A stretch of 64,000 nucleotides of DNA. Origin: Phoronis australis. Lineage: Eukaryota > Animalia > Phoronida. The notes under the pieces are model-generated. The model was given only the letters and a program-made list of their open reading frames with translations, ran no database searches and had not been told where the DNA came from. The position numbers and the translations under genes are program-made. Below, in pieces: positions 51,919-64,000 of the stretch. Every line of letters starts with the position of its first letter. Position 1 is the stretch's first letter. Where the stretch lies: the NCBI GenBank assembly GCA_002633005.1, contig NMRA01000694.1, positions 123,742-187,741 of the forward strand. Direction: 5' to 3'.

Positions 51919-54808
51919 TGTGCCGCCCTGACCACGTTAGTCTAATATATCGAAGAACTATTAGACGGCTTACCTCACGGGATATACTATAGTCTCTAAA
52001 GTCTACTGAAGCACTAATGAAGGTTGGAAATGCGATATACGTCTTGTCTCTCTCGAGTTTCAAGTACCGTAATCGTTCGGGTTAACGCCCATGCTCAGTT
52101 AACCGCCCATCCCCGACTTTACGTGGATTTCGATTTAACCGCCCACTGCTCAGTTAACCGCCCCCCTGCGATTTTTGAAGATTTCCAGTTAAGCGCCCAC
52201 CTCTCGGTTAAGCGCCCATCCCCGACTTTTAAAGAATGAAGATTTAGCGCCTAGTGCTAAGGAAACGCGCGATTCCCCGACTTTTAGAAAAAGATGATGA
52301 TCACAAAGAGCGCAACGACGCCGGGCTTCCGAGACGGTGGTTTAGCAATGTGAATTACAATTCTAGTAACGAGTTATTGTCTTGGGTCATGGACTCACTT
52401 CAAAATATAATACTTGAACGTTTTTGTCACTTTATTTTCTTCCCATGTTTGCAAAGTTTAAGAACGCCGCCGGCGTCAAAACCTCCGCTTTCAGCGACTT
52501 TGTCTGCCGCGCTGAGTTTCCATCTGTAGTGCACAAGATAAAACATATATTCGAAAAAATCAGGCCAGAGAAATGTGACCATGGTTTTGCCAACCCTCCA
52601 AATTCTATTAAGGTGGGAAGCTCTCGTATTTTGAACAAATCGCACAACTCACGGAAAGACGTCAAATTCTCAATATTTTGATGACTGTAACTGCCGGGTT
52701 ATAGAGGATGTATGGCGATCGAAGGGACAGTACAAGTGCCTTACTGGGTTACCGATTTCGTTGCTGCCTATCGATTTCTGAATTCAAAGGTTGACAATAA
52801 TGTATGTTTGTGTATGATCTTGAGGTAATAAAAAACTGCTAGTCAAATTTTGTTTTTCGCGTATTGCATCTCAGTCAAACTGGCGTTAGCAGATTTAACT
52901 AATGTCGCTGGCTGTTTACTATTTCTTGCGTCAGCCCCCACGTAAGCGTGACTGTGTGAATTATCGTTTCCACATCCCCTTTTTAGCCATCCAGAATAAT
53001 TTTGTTTATACATTGGCCAGTTTCAGCCTGAACAAAAATTCTTACCATTCTAGTCTGAAATATCTACGACGTAGACTGACTGAAAATTGGCGACAGTGGG
53101 TAAGAGATGCACGCAGCTAGCTACGGGCATGGGCTTAGGGAACATCGAGCCGGGAAATATCGGAATTGACTTGACATCGCAGTTTTGGGGAACATTGGCA
53201 ATGGAGGAACATCGTAAAGAATTGGGTCTTTTGTAGCAACAGCTTAAAAGTACATAGTCACGCCCGTTTTTGATACTTAGGACTGTCGCTATTCTCTTTG
53301 GCGACTTTGTTGTGGTGCACGTGCGCAAGTTCCCACACTTTGGAGTGCATGTTACCTTGACACCAACATGTGATTGACAGGTGACTCACACGTAGGCCCT
53401 ACGTGCGTGCTGAATCCCGCCGCTATCTTTTGCCATAAAAAAACGAGGTGCATATATCGAAAGAGGCCGTTATATTACTTGACGGCATTTATAAATCACG
53501 ATTGTCAGCCGACTGAGACATTGCGCGCTAACAGCCTGACCGAACAGTGCCGCAATGCGATTTTGCAAGTGATATAAATAGGATAATCTGGACATCCTGC
53601 ATGAAAAATAAATGTTTTTCCACCACGAAGTTTGGTAAGGTGATCGTTTAAGAATGAATTGAAACATCGCTGTTTTGTGGCGTTTTATCACATATTTATG
53701 CCGTGGCTCGAAATTTTATTGTTGATTGACGAGTGGCTCACCCCGATTCTTGTCTTAGGCCTACTTCTTTGCCGAGCATGTTTGGCGCAACGGCAAGTGA
53801 GCAATGCCGGGCGGTCGAGATAAAAAAGCTAGCCGCAGAACCATACGCTGAAACTGTCATTGAGTCACGGAGTGTCGACATCCCAAACACAAAAAACATC
53901 TGAGTTAAGTTTATCAAACTTTTATTACAACTAATTTTAAAACTGCTCTCTGACTATGAACTTGGCAGCTAGTACGAGACTGTAACCATAAATTTGATGT
54001 CTGCTGTGACCTCTGCAACAAGTGAAGCTTGCACGCGCGCACTTTAGCAAGGTCACGTGTTGAAATATTTGCAATCCAAGTAGAGGCTGCGTGGTCTCTG
54101 GTCGTCTGCGCTGCGCAGGGCAAAGTAACAAGACCGCAGGACGGCACGGGGCTATTACTCAGCAATTCTGTAAATTTAATAGAGTGAATAACTAATCTGA
54201 GGGCAAGAGAACCTTTGTTGGGATCATCCGCTGTTATGACATTTTCCCCGTCATGTGGCGATGTGACGATAACGGTCTTTGAAAAGTGCTACGCGTTCCG
54301 AGTGCGTGTGTGTAGTGGGGACTTAGATCACGAGGTAAGATTAACCGCCCAGGGCGGTTGCCTGTCGTAATAAGCGCCCATGTTCGGTTAACCGCCCACC
54401 CTGGATTTCTTGAAATTTCACGTTTAAGCGCCCATGTCTGGTTAACCGCCCACCCCCGATTTTTTGGGTTTGCCAATTTAACCGCCCAGGGCGTTAACCC
54501 GAACGATTACGGTACAAAGAACTAAAACTACTAGAACGGCTTACCTCTGTTCAGCTTCCCTCATCCCACTCTGAACTCTACGAACTACTTCATGCAAGCT
54601 AATATACAGATACAAACGTATGTACACAGTGACTATTCCAAGTCACACACACACACACAGTAATAGCACGTCTGATCCCTCAGACTTCACAGCGGCATCT
54701 CCCTAACTCTGAACTGCTGCTCTGCAGGGATTCTGAAAACACCCGGGATGTGACGTAACTTCCGCGTGACGTCACTACCATAGACTCGCTGGAGCGCAGT
54801 TCACTACA
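51919..54808 (-). repeat. 5' LTR (interrupted by 52067-54512)
   Basis: TG...CA direct repeat of the left LTR, adjacent to the PBS. Confidence 0.88.
52067..54512. mobile_element. pogo/Tigger-like (Tc1-mariner superfamily) non-autonomous element
   Basis: TA TSD and perfect 24-bp TIR CCGTAATCGTTCGGGTTAACGCCC, with subterminal TTAA(C/G)CGCCC repeats. Empty site CAAGTAC seen in the other LTR at ~47852. Confidence 0.9.
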
Positions 54809-55128
54809 CTCGCACACCCGCTATTACTTATACCAACAGGCAACACAGTCGACCGACAGGCCCTGGAAACTGCACTGGTCGGATGCTGCGGTCCCACTTT
54901 AAACCACCTTAACTTCTTTAATTTTTATCGAAAAATCATAATTTTAGCATCAATGTGTTTAAAAGACAAATGGGAACCATTTAAATGGTAAGGAAATGGG
55001 TCATTGATTTCAGTGTTAGCGAAATTTTTCCCAGAGGCAAGTAAAGCTGTCTAGTTTTTCACTTTTGGATATTTTTCTTTTAAAACTGGGTATTCACATT
55101 CCATTCCAGTTTTAAAGGGTAGTTCATA

Positions 55129-55276
55129 CAGTTGCATAAAAGTTATACGCCGCATAGCAACAATGACGTCGCATGATCACGCGCCACGTTGTTATTGTTG
55201 AACAATGCACCTGGCGTCATGCAACAATTGAACTTATCCAGCGGATAACTTTTGAAGCTTTATGCAACTCGGCCCA
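55129..55276. mobile_element. Small Harbinger-like MITE remnant
   Basis: AGTTGCATAAAAGTTAT ... ATAACTTT..CTTTATGCAACTCGGCCC inverted ends and internal TTATCCAGCGGATAA. Confidence 0.45.
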
Positions 55277-58200
55277 GATTTACAGATTTTGCAGTAAAAT
55301 GTGAAGGTGTTTCGTCTAACATCGAAAATTCGAAATTCAATGTTTCTGCACGTCAAAGTATTAAATTTGTGCTTAGTTGGTACTTTTCCCAATTAGTTTA
55401 CGAGGCAGTCCATATAAAAACCAGTAGATTATCAAAAATCAGTCCATACGTCAAAATTCAAAACAACTTCACAATGCGAAATGCTGGTGATTAAATCTCA
55501 AGGGTTACAGGGACTATAAAGTTAATCGACTTACCGGTACTTTTTTCAACGAGTTCAATAGTTCATTACCCATTGGGGCTGTAGGGGCAATAAACATGGT
55601 AATTACGCTTGATCTGGCAGTGGAACTTAACGCCATCAGGTAATGTGTATAGGCGTGAAATCACATGTCACCAGCCAAATAAAGGTTTGTATTTTTTTCA
55701 GGAATTTCCACTGACTCGAAAATGAGGCGAGGTTTTTTGGGTCAGTCTGTCATGACCGCAACCCGATATGTATTATGCTATTTTTTCTCTAGGTCCTGTA
55801 CGTTTGTCATGAAGTGTCAAAATCTGTCAAGACAACTTTCGCCATTGGAGGAATGGTTTACATGCCGTGAATAATACGCTTACACGAAAGTCAGGCATTT
55901 CTAAAGATAAGTGTGACTTTTCATCGCTCGTCCTTCGGAGCGGCTCTTACCGGGATCAAAGAGAGCGCGGCCCCAGAGTCAGACTCAGTTGCGATGACCG
56001 CATTGTCCGGTGCGAACAAGACCCAATTAAGTGTAATTACCCGACCATAAACTGTAGTAAACACTTCTGCCTGTACATACTGGCGAATTTTCAAAATGCG
56101 TTAACCAACAGTTTTCATTAAAAACAAATACCACAACTGTATTCAGATGGAAAAAACAACCAAGTTTGGTTTTCGGTTTTAAAAAATCGATGAACTATTA
56201 AACTAAAAACAACAAACATTGTGTTCGATTGAAGATAAACGACTGTGCGTATTGATATACTCGGTGATTTACAAAGGGTGATCAGAGTTAACAATATCAC
56301 ATGGATTATTCCTTTAATATACAACTAAGCTACATTGAAACAACTATGAACAACACACAGTCAGTGACTAAGTTGGATATCAATAATTTTTAAAGCATCG
56401 CTTATGGCCCAGTGGATGCCGAACTACTTTACTCCAGGAGTAGTACACTAACCAGAAAACTACTATTTGCGGAAATGCGCCAGTTTCGATAGTTAGCTTG
56501 TAGTTGTAATGGAACACCTATGAAGACAACTAAGATGGCTACATTTGTAGTCAATGAGAGAGTGCAAGCAGTGGATGAGGTTGGTTGGTGGGCAAGAGCT
56601 GTGATTTCATTTTTTATGAATGAGGAAAAGCTAGAATAGTTACGTAGTTACTGCAACGAAAATTGTCCAGAGGTTCCAAATCTTCAGTTTGGCTATCCCC
56701 ATATTTGCACATTCGCATATATTTTATGATTTGAGTTCTAATAATGATTGAATTTGAACTAATGGCACAAGGAGTTTTGTTTGCTGTGACATATTTGGTG
56801 TAGCTGTGGTCTTGAAAATTCAGGGATGGATTCACAGTTAACTGACTTCTATAATTTGTTTTGATGCTTCAATTAAACACAAAATAAAATGATAGCAACC
56901 CCAACCGATAGAAAAAAGCAAGTAGACAGGAATATTAAAATAAAGTAATGAAAATAGGCATGAAACATATTTAAAACCAACTTTCCTTTTGGAAGTGGCC
57001 CTTCATCAAGATCAATGCAAATTAACTTTTTAGTCTTTTTGTAATATTTAAAATGTTCAAAACTGCTCTCGATATTGCATTCTTTAACTCTGTGCAAATG
57101 CCAGAGAAAAACACTTTAGGTGTAATAATGACCACCATGGTGAAGAAAGTAGTGCTAGCAATTACCTTTCCACTTCATTAGCTCAGATCTACATCAATAC
57201 AAAGGGCGTGCTGAATAGGGATTGTAAAAGTTGTCTGGGGCTTAGGGACTCAGAGGGGTGACCAGTGTAAGTGAGAAATTCTCTACATGATACAGGATTC
57301 CATGACTGGAAGCCCAATTTTACTTCAGACTGAACACGCCTTATTCCCGCAAGAATTGGTTGTGCATCGGAACCCCATTGGTCGCATCCCCAGGCAGTGT
57401 TGTGTACACCCCATCTAATATGAAAACACTCAAGTCACTTAGTGGAAATAAAGATGTCATTGACCTAGCATAAACCTACGTATTCAATGACTTTATTTTA
57501 ATATATAAAATAAAGTCATATACTCCAAATTCAAACTCATTTTTATATCAAATAAAAACACGAACATGCTAAAAATATAGTTTATACAAATTTCGTTGCT
57601 TTGCATACAGCTGGTTGGAGTATTGTGACTCATTTCAAGATCTTGGCTCATTTCCCAACCGCTGGTTATCAATGCACCATGCAATGATGTATCTATATTG
57701 TGACATTGATGGGTCAAATGCCTCCCATTTTCAGAAAACAATGACATTGGTGATGAAAGTAATGGTCTAGGGAAATGCGCAAATTGATTTTGGTTCCAAT
57801 AAAAATTTTTGTACATCAATAAAACACACATTGTCAATGTTTGTCGACTAAATACCAAAATTTATGGTAGAGGTAAACTTCTATGCAGCCATGTCCTGTC
57901 TCCCACGAAGTAGACATTCTGAAATGTTGTGGTATAGCGAGTCATACATGGACTGGATAGTTGAGCCTATGTTTTATCTCAGTCTCATGTCTTGCCCCAA
58001 CTTTCTCATGGTCAATATGTTTGCAATGTCAGTCAAAGTTCAATGTTCTGAAGTTGGTACAGCCAACATAAACTTGTGTGCAACTGAAAATCTTCCGGAA
58101 ACTGCACAACATCAGGTCTGCGGTTTCGTCCAACATCTTGTTATATGTAGTCAGGGTAATCGGGTATAGTAAACACTCAAATTCAAATTCATTTTCCATG

Positions 58201-60189
58201 ACTAAGTGTGTGAGGGAGTTTAAGTTAGGACAGTTGAAACAACATATTCAAGATATTGTATACATCCACTGGATGTCAAAATGTTGTAATTGTGTTATTC
58301 CAGACTCATTCTTCTGGGTGAGAACAACCTATTTTCAGTTTTGGAGTGAACTGTGGGAACTCGGATCCAGTTGTTGGTATTAAAAATTCAAATGTTCAAT
58401 GCATTTGTGTTTTGTTAACTGAGCCGCGTTATCTCTGTGATCCGGATCAGGAACTGGATCACCTGTCGTATCAGGATTTGGGTCATTGTCTGTACCTGGA
58501 ATATCTCTCTGTTTGTAAAATAATCCAGTCTTTTTAGGCCTTTTCATGGCAGACGACAGACTCAGTGTTCACTACAATGTTTCCAATGCACATGTTGTTT
58601 CATAAGGAAAAACAGATGACACTGGCAGTCCAAAATGCTGGAATTTCCCCCCTGAAAATGCAAACCTAGTGCACTGCCATTGTAAAAGTATACAGCTGTG
58701 ATCGACATAGCAGTTTTTCAATTGGGGTAATCAAAGATGTTGGAACAACGAACAAAATTCCTTACCAATTAATGAGATGAGCTCAATTCTGATTAGCTGA
58801 TGACATGAGAAATGCATCAAAAGCAACCAATAGTATTCGTCCAAGTGAGCTCCACGAGTAACACACAATAAAATTGTAGAATGGCCATTAAACTTTGGCC
58901 TAAACGACGTGCGAGTTCACAACAATTGTGAGTGCAAAGAGCGTGAATACTGTCTACACTATTCCCATAAATGAAGCAGGGGGAAATGTCTGGACTATAG
59001 TAAAATCAGTCAGACATTCTGAATATAATTGGACCCAATCCAATGTCTGTTAACAAAATCTGTTACCAACTACGTGGCATCTCACAATCTGCTCAAAATT
59101 TAGCATAAGCAGTTCTCAGGAAGAAACTACTTTGAATACTCAGTACATTGGGAATGGCATAATATTGCAACCATTTAACAATCCAGGTGGCAACTTTTGA
59201 AAATTATTAGATTAATAGGCCTTCCTCTCCTCTCCACCTGGTGGAGGTCATGCGTTAATTGGTAGTTTTACTTTACCAAAAATATTCCGGATGATGGATC
59301 AAAACTGTAGTCTCGTACATTGCAATATTCAAGAGCACCCTTCTGTGCAATGAATGCTATAGTCTATTCTGTGGTTCACTCCTTGGTACTCAGGTTATGT
59401 GACTGTCGGACTACAGACTGAAGTGTCACTGTCAGCTAGCCAGTTGGCTGTGTATGACTGAATATTGTGTAAGATTAACATAGGATGCACTGCAATATTG
59501 TACCTTTATGGGCTGGATGTCACTTCCTTTGGGAAGTGTTTTAATAGCCAGGAATATATCCCTGAACGCTATTGGTTTAAAGTTAAACCTGGTTTAAATT
59601 GGACTTTGACCTGTTTTGAAGATAGTCTGCATTTCATAAAAGTGGTGTAAGTTTTAGACCAGTGATCTAGTAAAACATGGTTGAACTCCAGTTATTAGAC
59701 CTGGTCTAAGTCTAGTTTTCATTTCATCAATGAGGTCTATCTTCCTTAGACCTGTATCAAGATCCTAAAGCAGGTTTGACTATAGACTTGGTCAGAGCCA
59801 GGTTTAATACTGTTAAATATGTCAGACTTGCAAGATGTAGATGCAACTGAATAATGCCACGGTGTGGATTTACGACGCTGTTTTAGAGCAATTTTTACAA
59901 TGACACCATTAGAACAAAGGTAACTGGAGTGGATCCATGATTTTTTAAAGGGGGTTGTATCAAGGATTTTTTAGAAGGTGTCGAAGTACACAATTTGAAA
60001 ATTATAGATTTGAAATCAATAAAATCAAGAGAAAAAAGGGGATCCGGACCCCTTGACCCCCTGGGTAGGGTGTCCTTCGGATTCCTCAGAATACGACCAG
60101 TTGAGTAGGGCGTCATTGTTGTAAGCGCTACGGGCTTGACTGAAGATAGCACCTTCTGATTCTTCTGACCATGTTCCACCTCAATGGGT

Positions 60190-60357
60190 CCCCCGATTTA
60201 AGGTTGCCATGCAGGGGTCCTGCCCCCCCCTTTGGGCGCAAAAAATAAACAGTAAGAAATTGTGCATTTACTATGTTGCGGCTAATTATGATCAAGTTAG
60301 GACAGTGACATTACAAAATGAAAGATGTCCCCTCAGGATATCCTAGATCTGCCACTG
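60190..60357 (+). mobile_element. Short degenerate relative of the 6-bp-TSD MITE
   Basis: Ends ATATCCTAGATCTGCCACTG like 41480-41498 and contains GCAAAAAATAAACAG. Confidence 0.55.
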
Positions 60358-61073
60358 GGTCCCTTGACCATTTTTCTTTGCAGTTTTTGCACTTACGAAA
60401 TTATCTTTCTGGCCTTCATTTTTTAATGATATCCTTTAACTGTTTGTTGCTGCAATTCTCCGAGTGTGGGAAGTGTGCAGCCAGTCTGGACCAATATCTC
60501 TCCAAGCCTGCTGTTTTCGTCAGCTTGATTTGTACCATGAGTATTCTTGTTTTCTATAACAGTAGCTTTTTCTCTGATCAGTTATGTCAGGGAATATTTA
60601 TCCTCACGTGAAATGATTTTAGTCCTTTTTTAATGTCTGCACTGATTCTATTGCTGTGTGCCCACATGGTCAAAGTTTCATTGAATTGTTTCTTTGTTGG
60701 GTTTATCCAGATCAAAACAGTAGTGTAAGTTGTATACTTTAAACCTGGTTTTACTAATCCCACTCCCTGGTCTAACAAAACCAGGCTATTAAACCTTGTT
60801 GGAGAAATGCAAGTTAAGTCTTAAGTTAGAGCAGGGCCCGATCTCCAATCTTTTTACTCGAAATGGAACTTGAAATTAGGTTTGGCATTTTCTACTGTAC
60901 TTTTGGGCGAACTCAAGATAAGTGTCTATTATTCTATGCTCGAGTACACAATAACTTACTTAGATAATTTATTGCCCTTAGTTCACAGTTTGTAAACCCA
61001 ATATTAAAGCAATAAGTTCGAGTTTGAACTCGAAATTTCGAGTTTTTACTCGAGTTTGTAGCACAAATATAAG

Positions 61074-61175
61074 CAGGGCTCAACATTAACTTTTGAAGCC
61101 ACTTGCCCTTCGGGCAAGTAGTTGAAATTTTTACTTGCCCGAACAACGAATTCACTTGCCTCAAGTACAATCCCA
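61074..61175 (+). mobile_element. Left end of a hAT-like element
   Basis: CAGGGCTCAACATTAAC terminus with repeated ACTTGCCC subterminal motifs. Right end not found. Confidence 0.5.
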
Positions 61176-61570
61176 AATAGCACTGCGCAAGTGCACACCT
61201 AGGTAATGTGTTACCGTAGGGCTGCCTGTGCTGAGCCTCCTCTTGTGAGTCTTGTGTTGTGCACGCTACATACACGAGTTACTATTTTTTTAACGATTCT
61301 TCTTATAGAACATTTATTTATAAGGTGTGTCAAAACACTAGATAGACAAATTAGACGAGTANGAAGCACGCACACGCACAATAACGCCTGGCCGATACGG
61401 TGTGTTATTCATACTGTATGAATACAGGACAGTAAGCCTATCGCGTACACAAGTCTTCGGCAATAGAAAGATGCACTCCGAAAAGGCGCAACCACAATTT
61501 CTAGAATTCACATTTTCTGAACATAAATTTTAAACACCGATTTGTCTGCCCGACAGACCAAATTATTTTA

Positions 61571-61680
61571 AACTTCAGTCCATCAGTCATGCCAGTTTTA
61601 ACTGGCATGACTGATGGACTGAAGTTCTGATTTTTGGCTAGTCGAATTCTTAAAAGAATTCGACTAGCCAAAAGTCAGAA
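61571..61680. repeat. Twin abutting 56-bp palindromes
   Basis: 27-bp arms with 2-nt loops: 61571-61626 is perfect and 61625-61680 has one mismatch. Confidence 0.95.
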
Positions 61681-62306
61681 ACGCCGGTGTAAAAACATTT
61701 CCCGGGGAAAAGGGAGACAGCCTCCTGTTCAGTAACGCTAGGACCTCGCTAAAATGCAAGAATTCGCTAGGTTACCTGAGATATTGCCGTGTATTTTAAA
61801 TGAGAACACGTGACTTTGACTAGTGTAGGTCCAAGTGTCTACTGATGCTGGCTACCGACAACCTAGCGGCACGCAGGGAAACAAGAGCCGATATCACCGC
61901 TAGAGGCGCGGCTGCTCGTTTCCGGTATAAACAAAATGGATGTATCCGTGTTATAAGTTTGGATCATTGTTTGCTCAATAATTTGCAGTAACATGGCAGG
62001 GTCCGCTCTGAAGAGGCTTATGGCTGAGTATAGACGTAAGTATTCTTCACGTCGGTCGTATTTGGTTCTCTGAGTTTGAAAGTTCCTATGAATATGGTTC
62101 CCCCGACCATCTGTTCATTTTGAGTTTGAATTGAGGAGGCGTCGAGACGTCGAATTCGAATCGGCAAACGCGACCCTGGCTTAGGCAATTCCATCGCCCT
62201 GAATGCCGTTGGCATACAGGGGCGATAGCACATTCCCACGAAAAGTTAGGCATTTCAAAATATAGCAAATAAAATCGAATGAAACATGCATTCCACATGG
62301 AGTATA

Positions 62307-63828
62307 CACTCCGAAACCCTATAGTCGTCCGCCTAAGCATAAAACCGGCTTGTTGTCTTACTCACCCAATTATTCCACTTCAAAGTTATGATCTGAATAG
62401 GACTTGATTTAACTCTCACAAATATATAGTATTCGTTGATTCAAACGTTTTCTGTTACTTAAGCCGAGTTGTTCAACTGTGCATTGGTTTTCGGCAGCCA
62501 TTTTCTAATGACACCTATGGTCGTCATGTGCTGCCGCCTTTTGAAAGGACAGAAAACCACACAGAAAAAGGCCAAGAAAATAGTGGAAAATGGTTTACAG
62601 CAACTCTACTTCAACCACAAACTGTTTTACTGGTATGATATCGATTTTTAAATTGATTAAAATTGATTTAGAATTTCAGTTCTGGAAAATAAATCACAAT
62701 TGTTTTATTCCAGGCAGACCTTACTTATTTTGTATTTGTGACCTCATTATTTGACTTTTTGCTCTTGTTGTTCTTAACATCACTTATCTCTGCTGTCCTT
62801 CTTTTTCTTTTCAGTTTCTCTTCATTCTCTATTAACACCTTGTCAGCCAAAACAGAACTGTAAGCCTTTGAGACTTGGTAGGCGGAAGTTGATCATTGAA
62901 CCTCGATNTTTGACTTTTTGCTCTTGTTGTTCTTAACATCACTTATCTCTGCTGTCCTTCTTCTTCTTTTCAGTTTCTCTTCATTTTCTGTTAACACCTT
63001 GTCAGCCAAAACAGAACTGTAAGCCTTTGAGACTTGGGCGGAAGTTGATCATTGAACCTCGATAACAATTGTTCTAATAAATTACCCATAATTGTATTGT
63101 TTGTTTTTTCTCATCTTTAACAGGCTTCTGCATTCATAAATAAATAAATAAATACCCAAGTTGCATTTGAATTTTATTGCTCAATCTCTTCTTTTATTTT
63201 TGATTATGTCATGCTGTGTTGTATGTAACAAATGCAATATAATGAAATAAAGTCAATGTTTTACTTTATTGGTGGCCATCTTTTCTCTATCAATTCAAGT
63301 ATTTTAATTTTCTTCAAATAAATTCAAAATGCTTTAACCAAAATTTTCAACATAAATGTTGAGTTCAGTACTGTGTTTTGCAATAAAAAACAAGTGAACA
63401 ATATTTTGATGACCAAGGCGTGGGCCGAAACTGTTAAGCACCCAGCGTGTTCCATTTGTCTGCTGCGTTTTTCCTTTGGCCGAACAGATGTCGGTTAGTG
63501 CCTGGGACAAATAGATACATTGCATAAACAATCCCTGGGTTGCTTTTTGTTCCGTCTGAAGAAAATTTAATTTCGAAAATATCTTCTGAAAATGAACAAA
63601 AAAGTGCATTAGTAAAATCAGCAAGTTTTTAAGTGGTCTCAAAAAAACAGTCGGTAAATGCATTAATTTTAGTCTCAGTTCTTCCACGCGTGTTTCTCCC
63701 GAGAGGTTAGTACCTAACGTGCAGACGAGCGTTCCAAATTGGAACGCTAAGTCCCGCGTGGCAGCACTGCACGCGAAACAAGATGGCGGACGACCTTTGG
63801 AGACTGACGACGAGAGGTAATCGGACTA
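62307..63828. mobile_element. TA-flanked non-autonomous DNA element (copy 2)
   Basis: Near-identical to 28130-29492, plus a local duplication around the N at 62888. Confidence 0.8.
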
Positions 63829-64000
63829 TACATGGGTAAACGCCGGCAAAAATCAAACGTCGTCCATTGTTCACTGTCTCGCAGGCCAGAAAACCTAATT
63901 TCCCATGACGGAACCCATCCCCGCACTTTTTTCGTTTCATATTATTGCTTTGATTCTTCCTGAACTTGTTTTTTAGCAACTAAACCAATGCCGTCCAGGC

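Larger units (their letters stand above)
45784..54808 (-). mobile_element. Non-autonomous (gag-only) Gypsy-type LTR retrotransposon
   Basis: Two ~440-460-bp LTRs (TGTGCCGCCC...CA), PBS and PPT in minus orientation, gag remnants, no pol. TSD ambiguous (CTCG at 45775-45778 and 54809-54812, 5-nt offset on the left). Confidence 0.88.

Noticed and set aside
63334-63687. 117-aa ORF as a host gene
   Set aside because: It lies inside a duplicated DNA element, and the paralogous copy has a stop in the same frame.

Overview
AT-rich eukaryotic genomic DNA with spliceosomal introns, most likely from a marine invertebrate (inference). It has one assembly gap (17999-18404) and several single-N joins. One host gene can be reconstructed on the + strand, and its 5' part lies outside the window. 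Seven phase-compatible GT-AG exons (about 2017/2104 to 26221) encode the C-terminal half of a Roco-type COR domain, a basic/Ser-Thr-rich linker and a C-terminal death effector domain (DED). Most other recognisable sequence is nested, non-autonomous or decayed transposons. These include Helentron-associated (HINE/DINE-1-like) elements whose ~150-bp tandem units each carry a CTCF-like motif (about 30 by eye, clustered in the gene's introns) and two unrelated ~1.7-kb Kolobok deletion derivatives (THAP + KolX). Also present are a gag-only Gypsy-type LTR element with both LTRs interrupted, EnSpm-, pogo-, hAT- and P-like elements, and L1/Tx1, Penelope and IS3EU-like fossils. Unexplained structures include twin 56-bp palindromes at 61571-61680. 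No CRISPR, rRNA or intact tRNA gene was found. All domain and family calls come from motif recognition by eye, not database searches.
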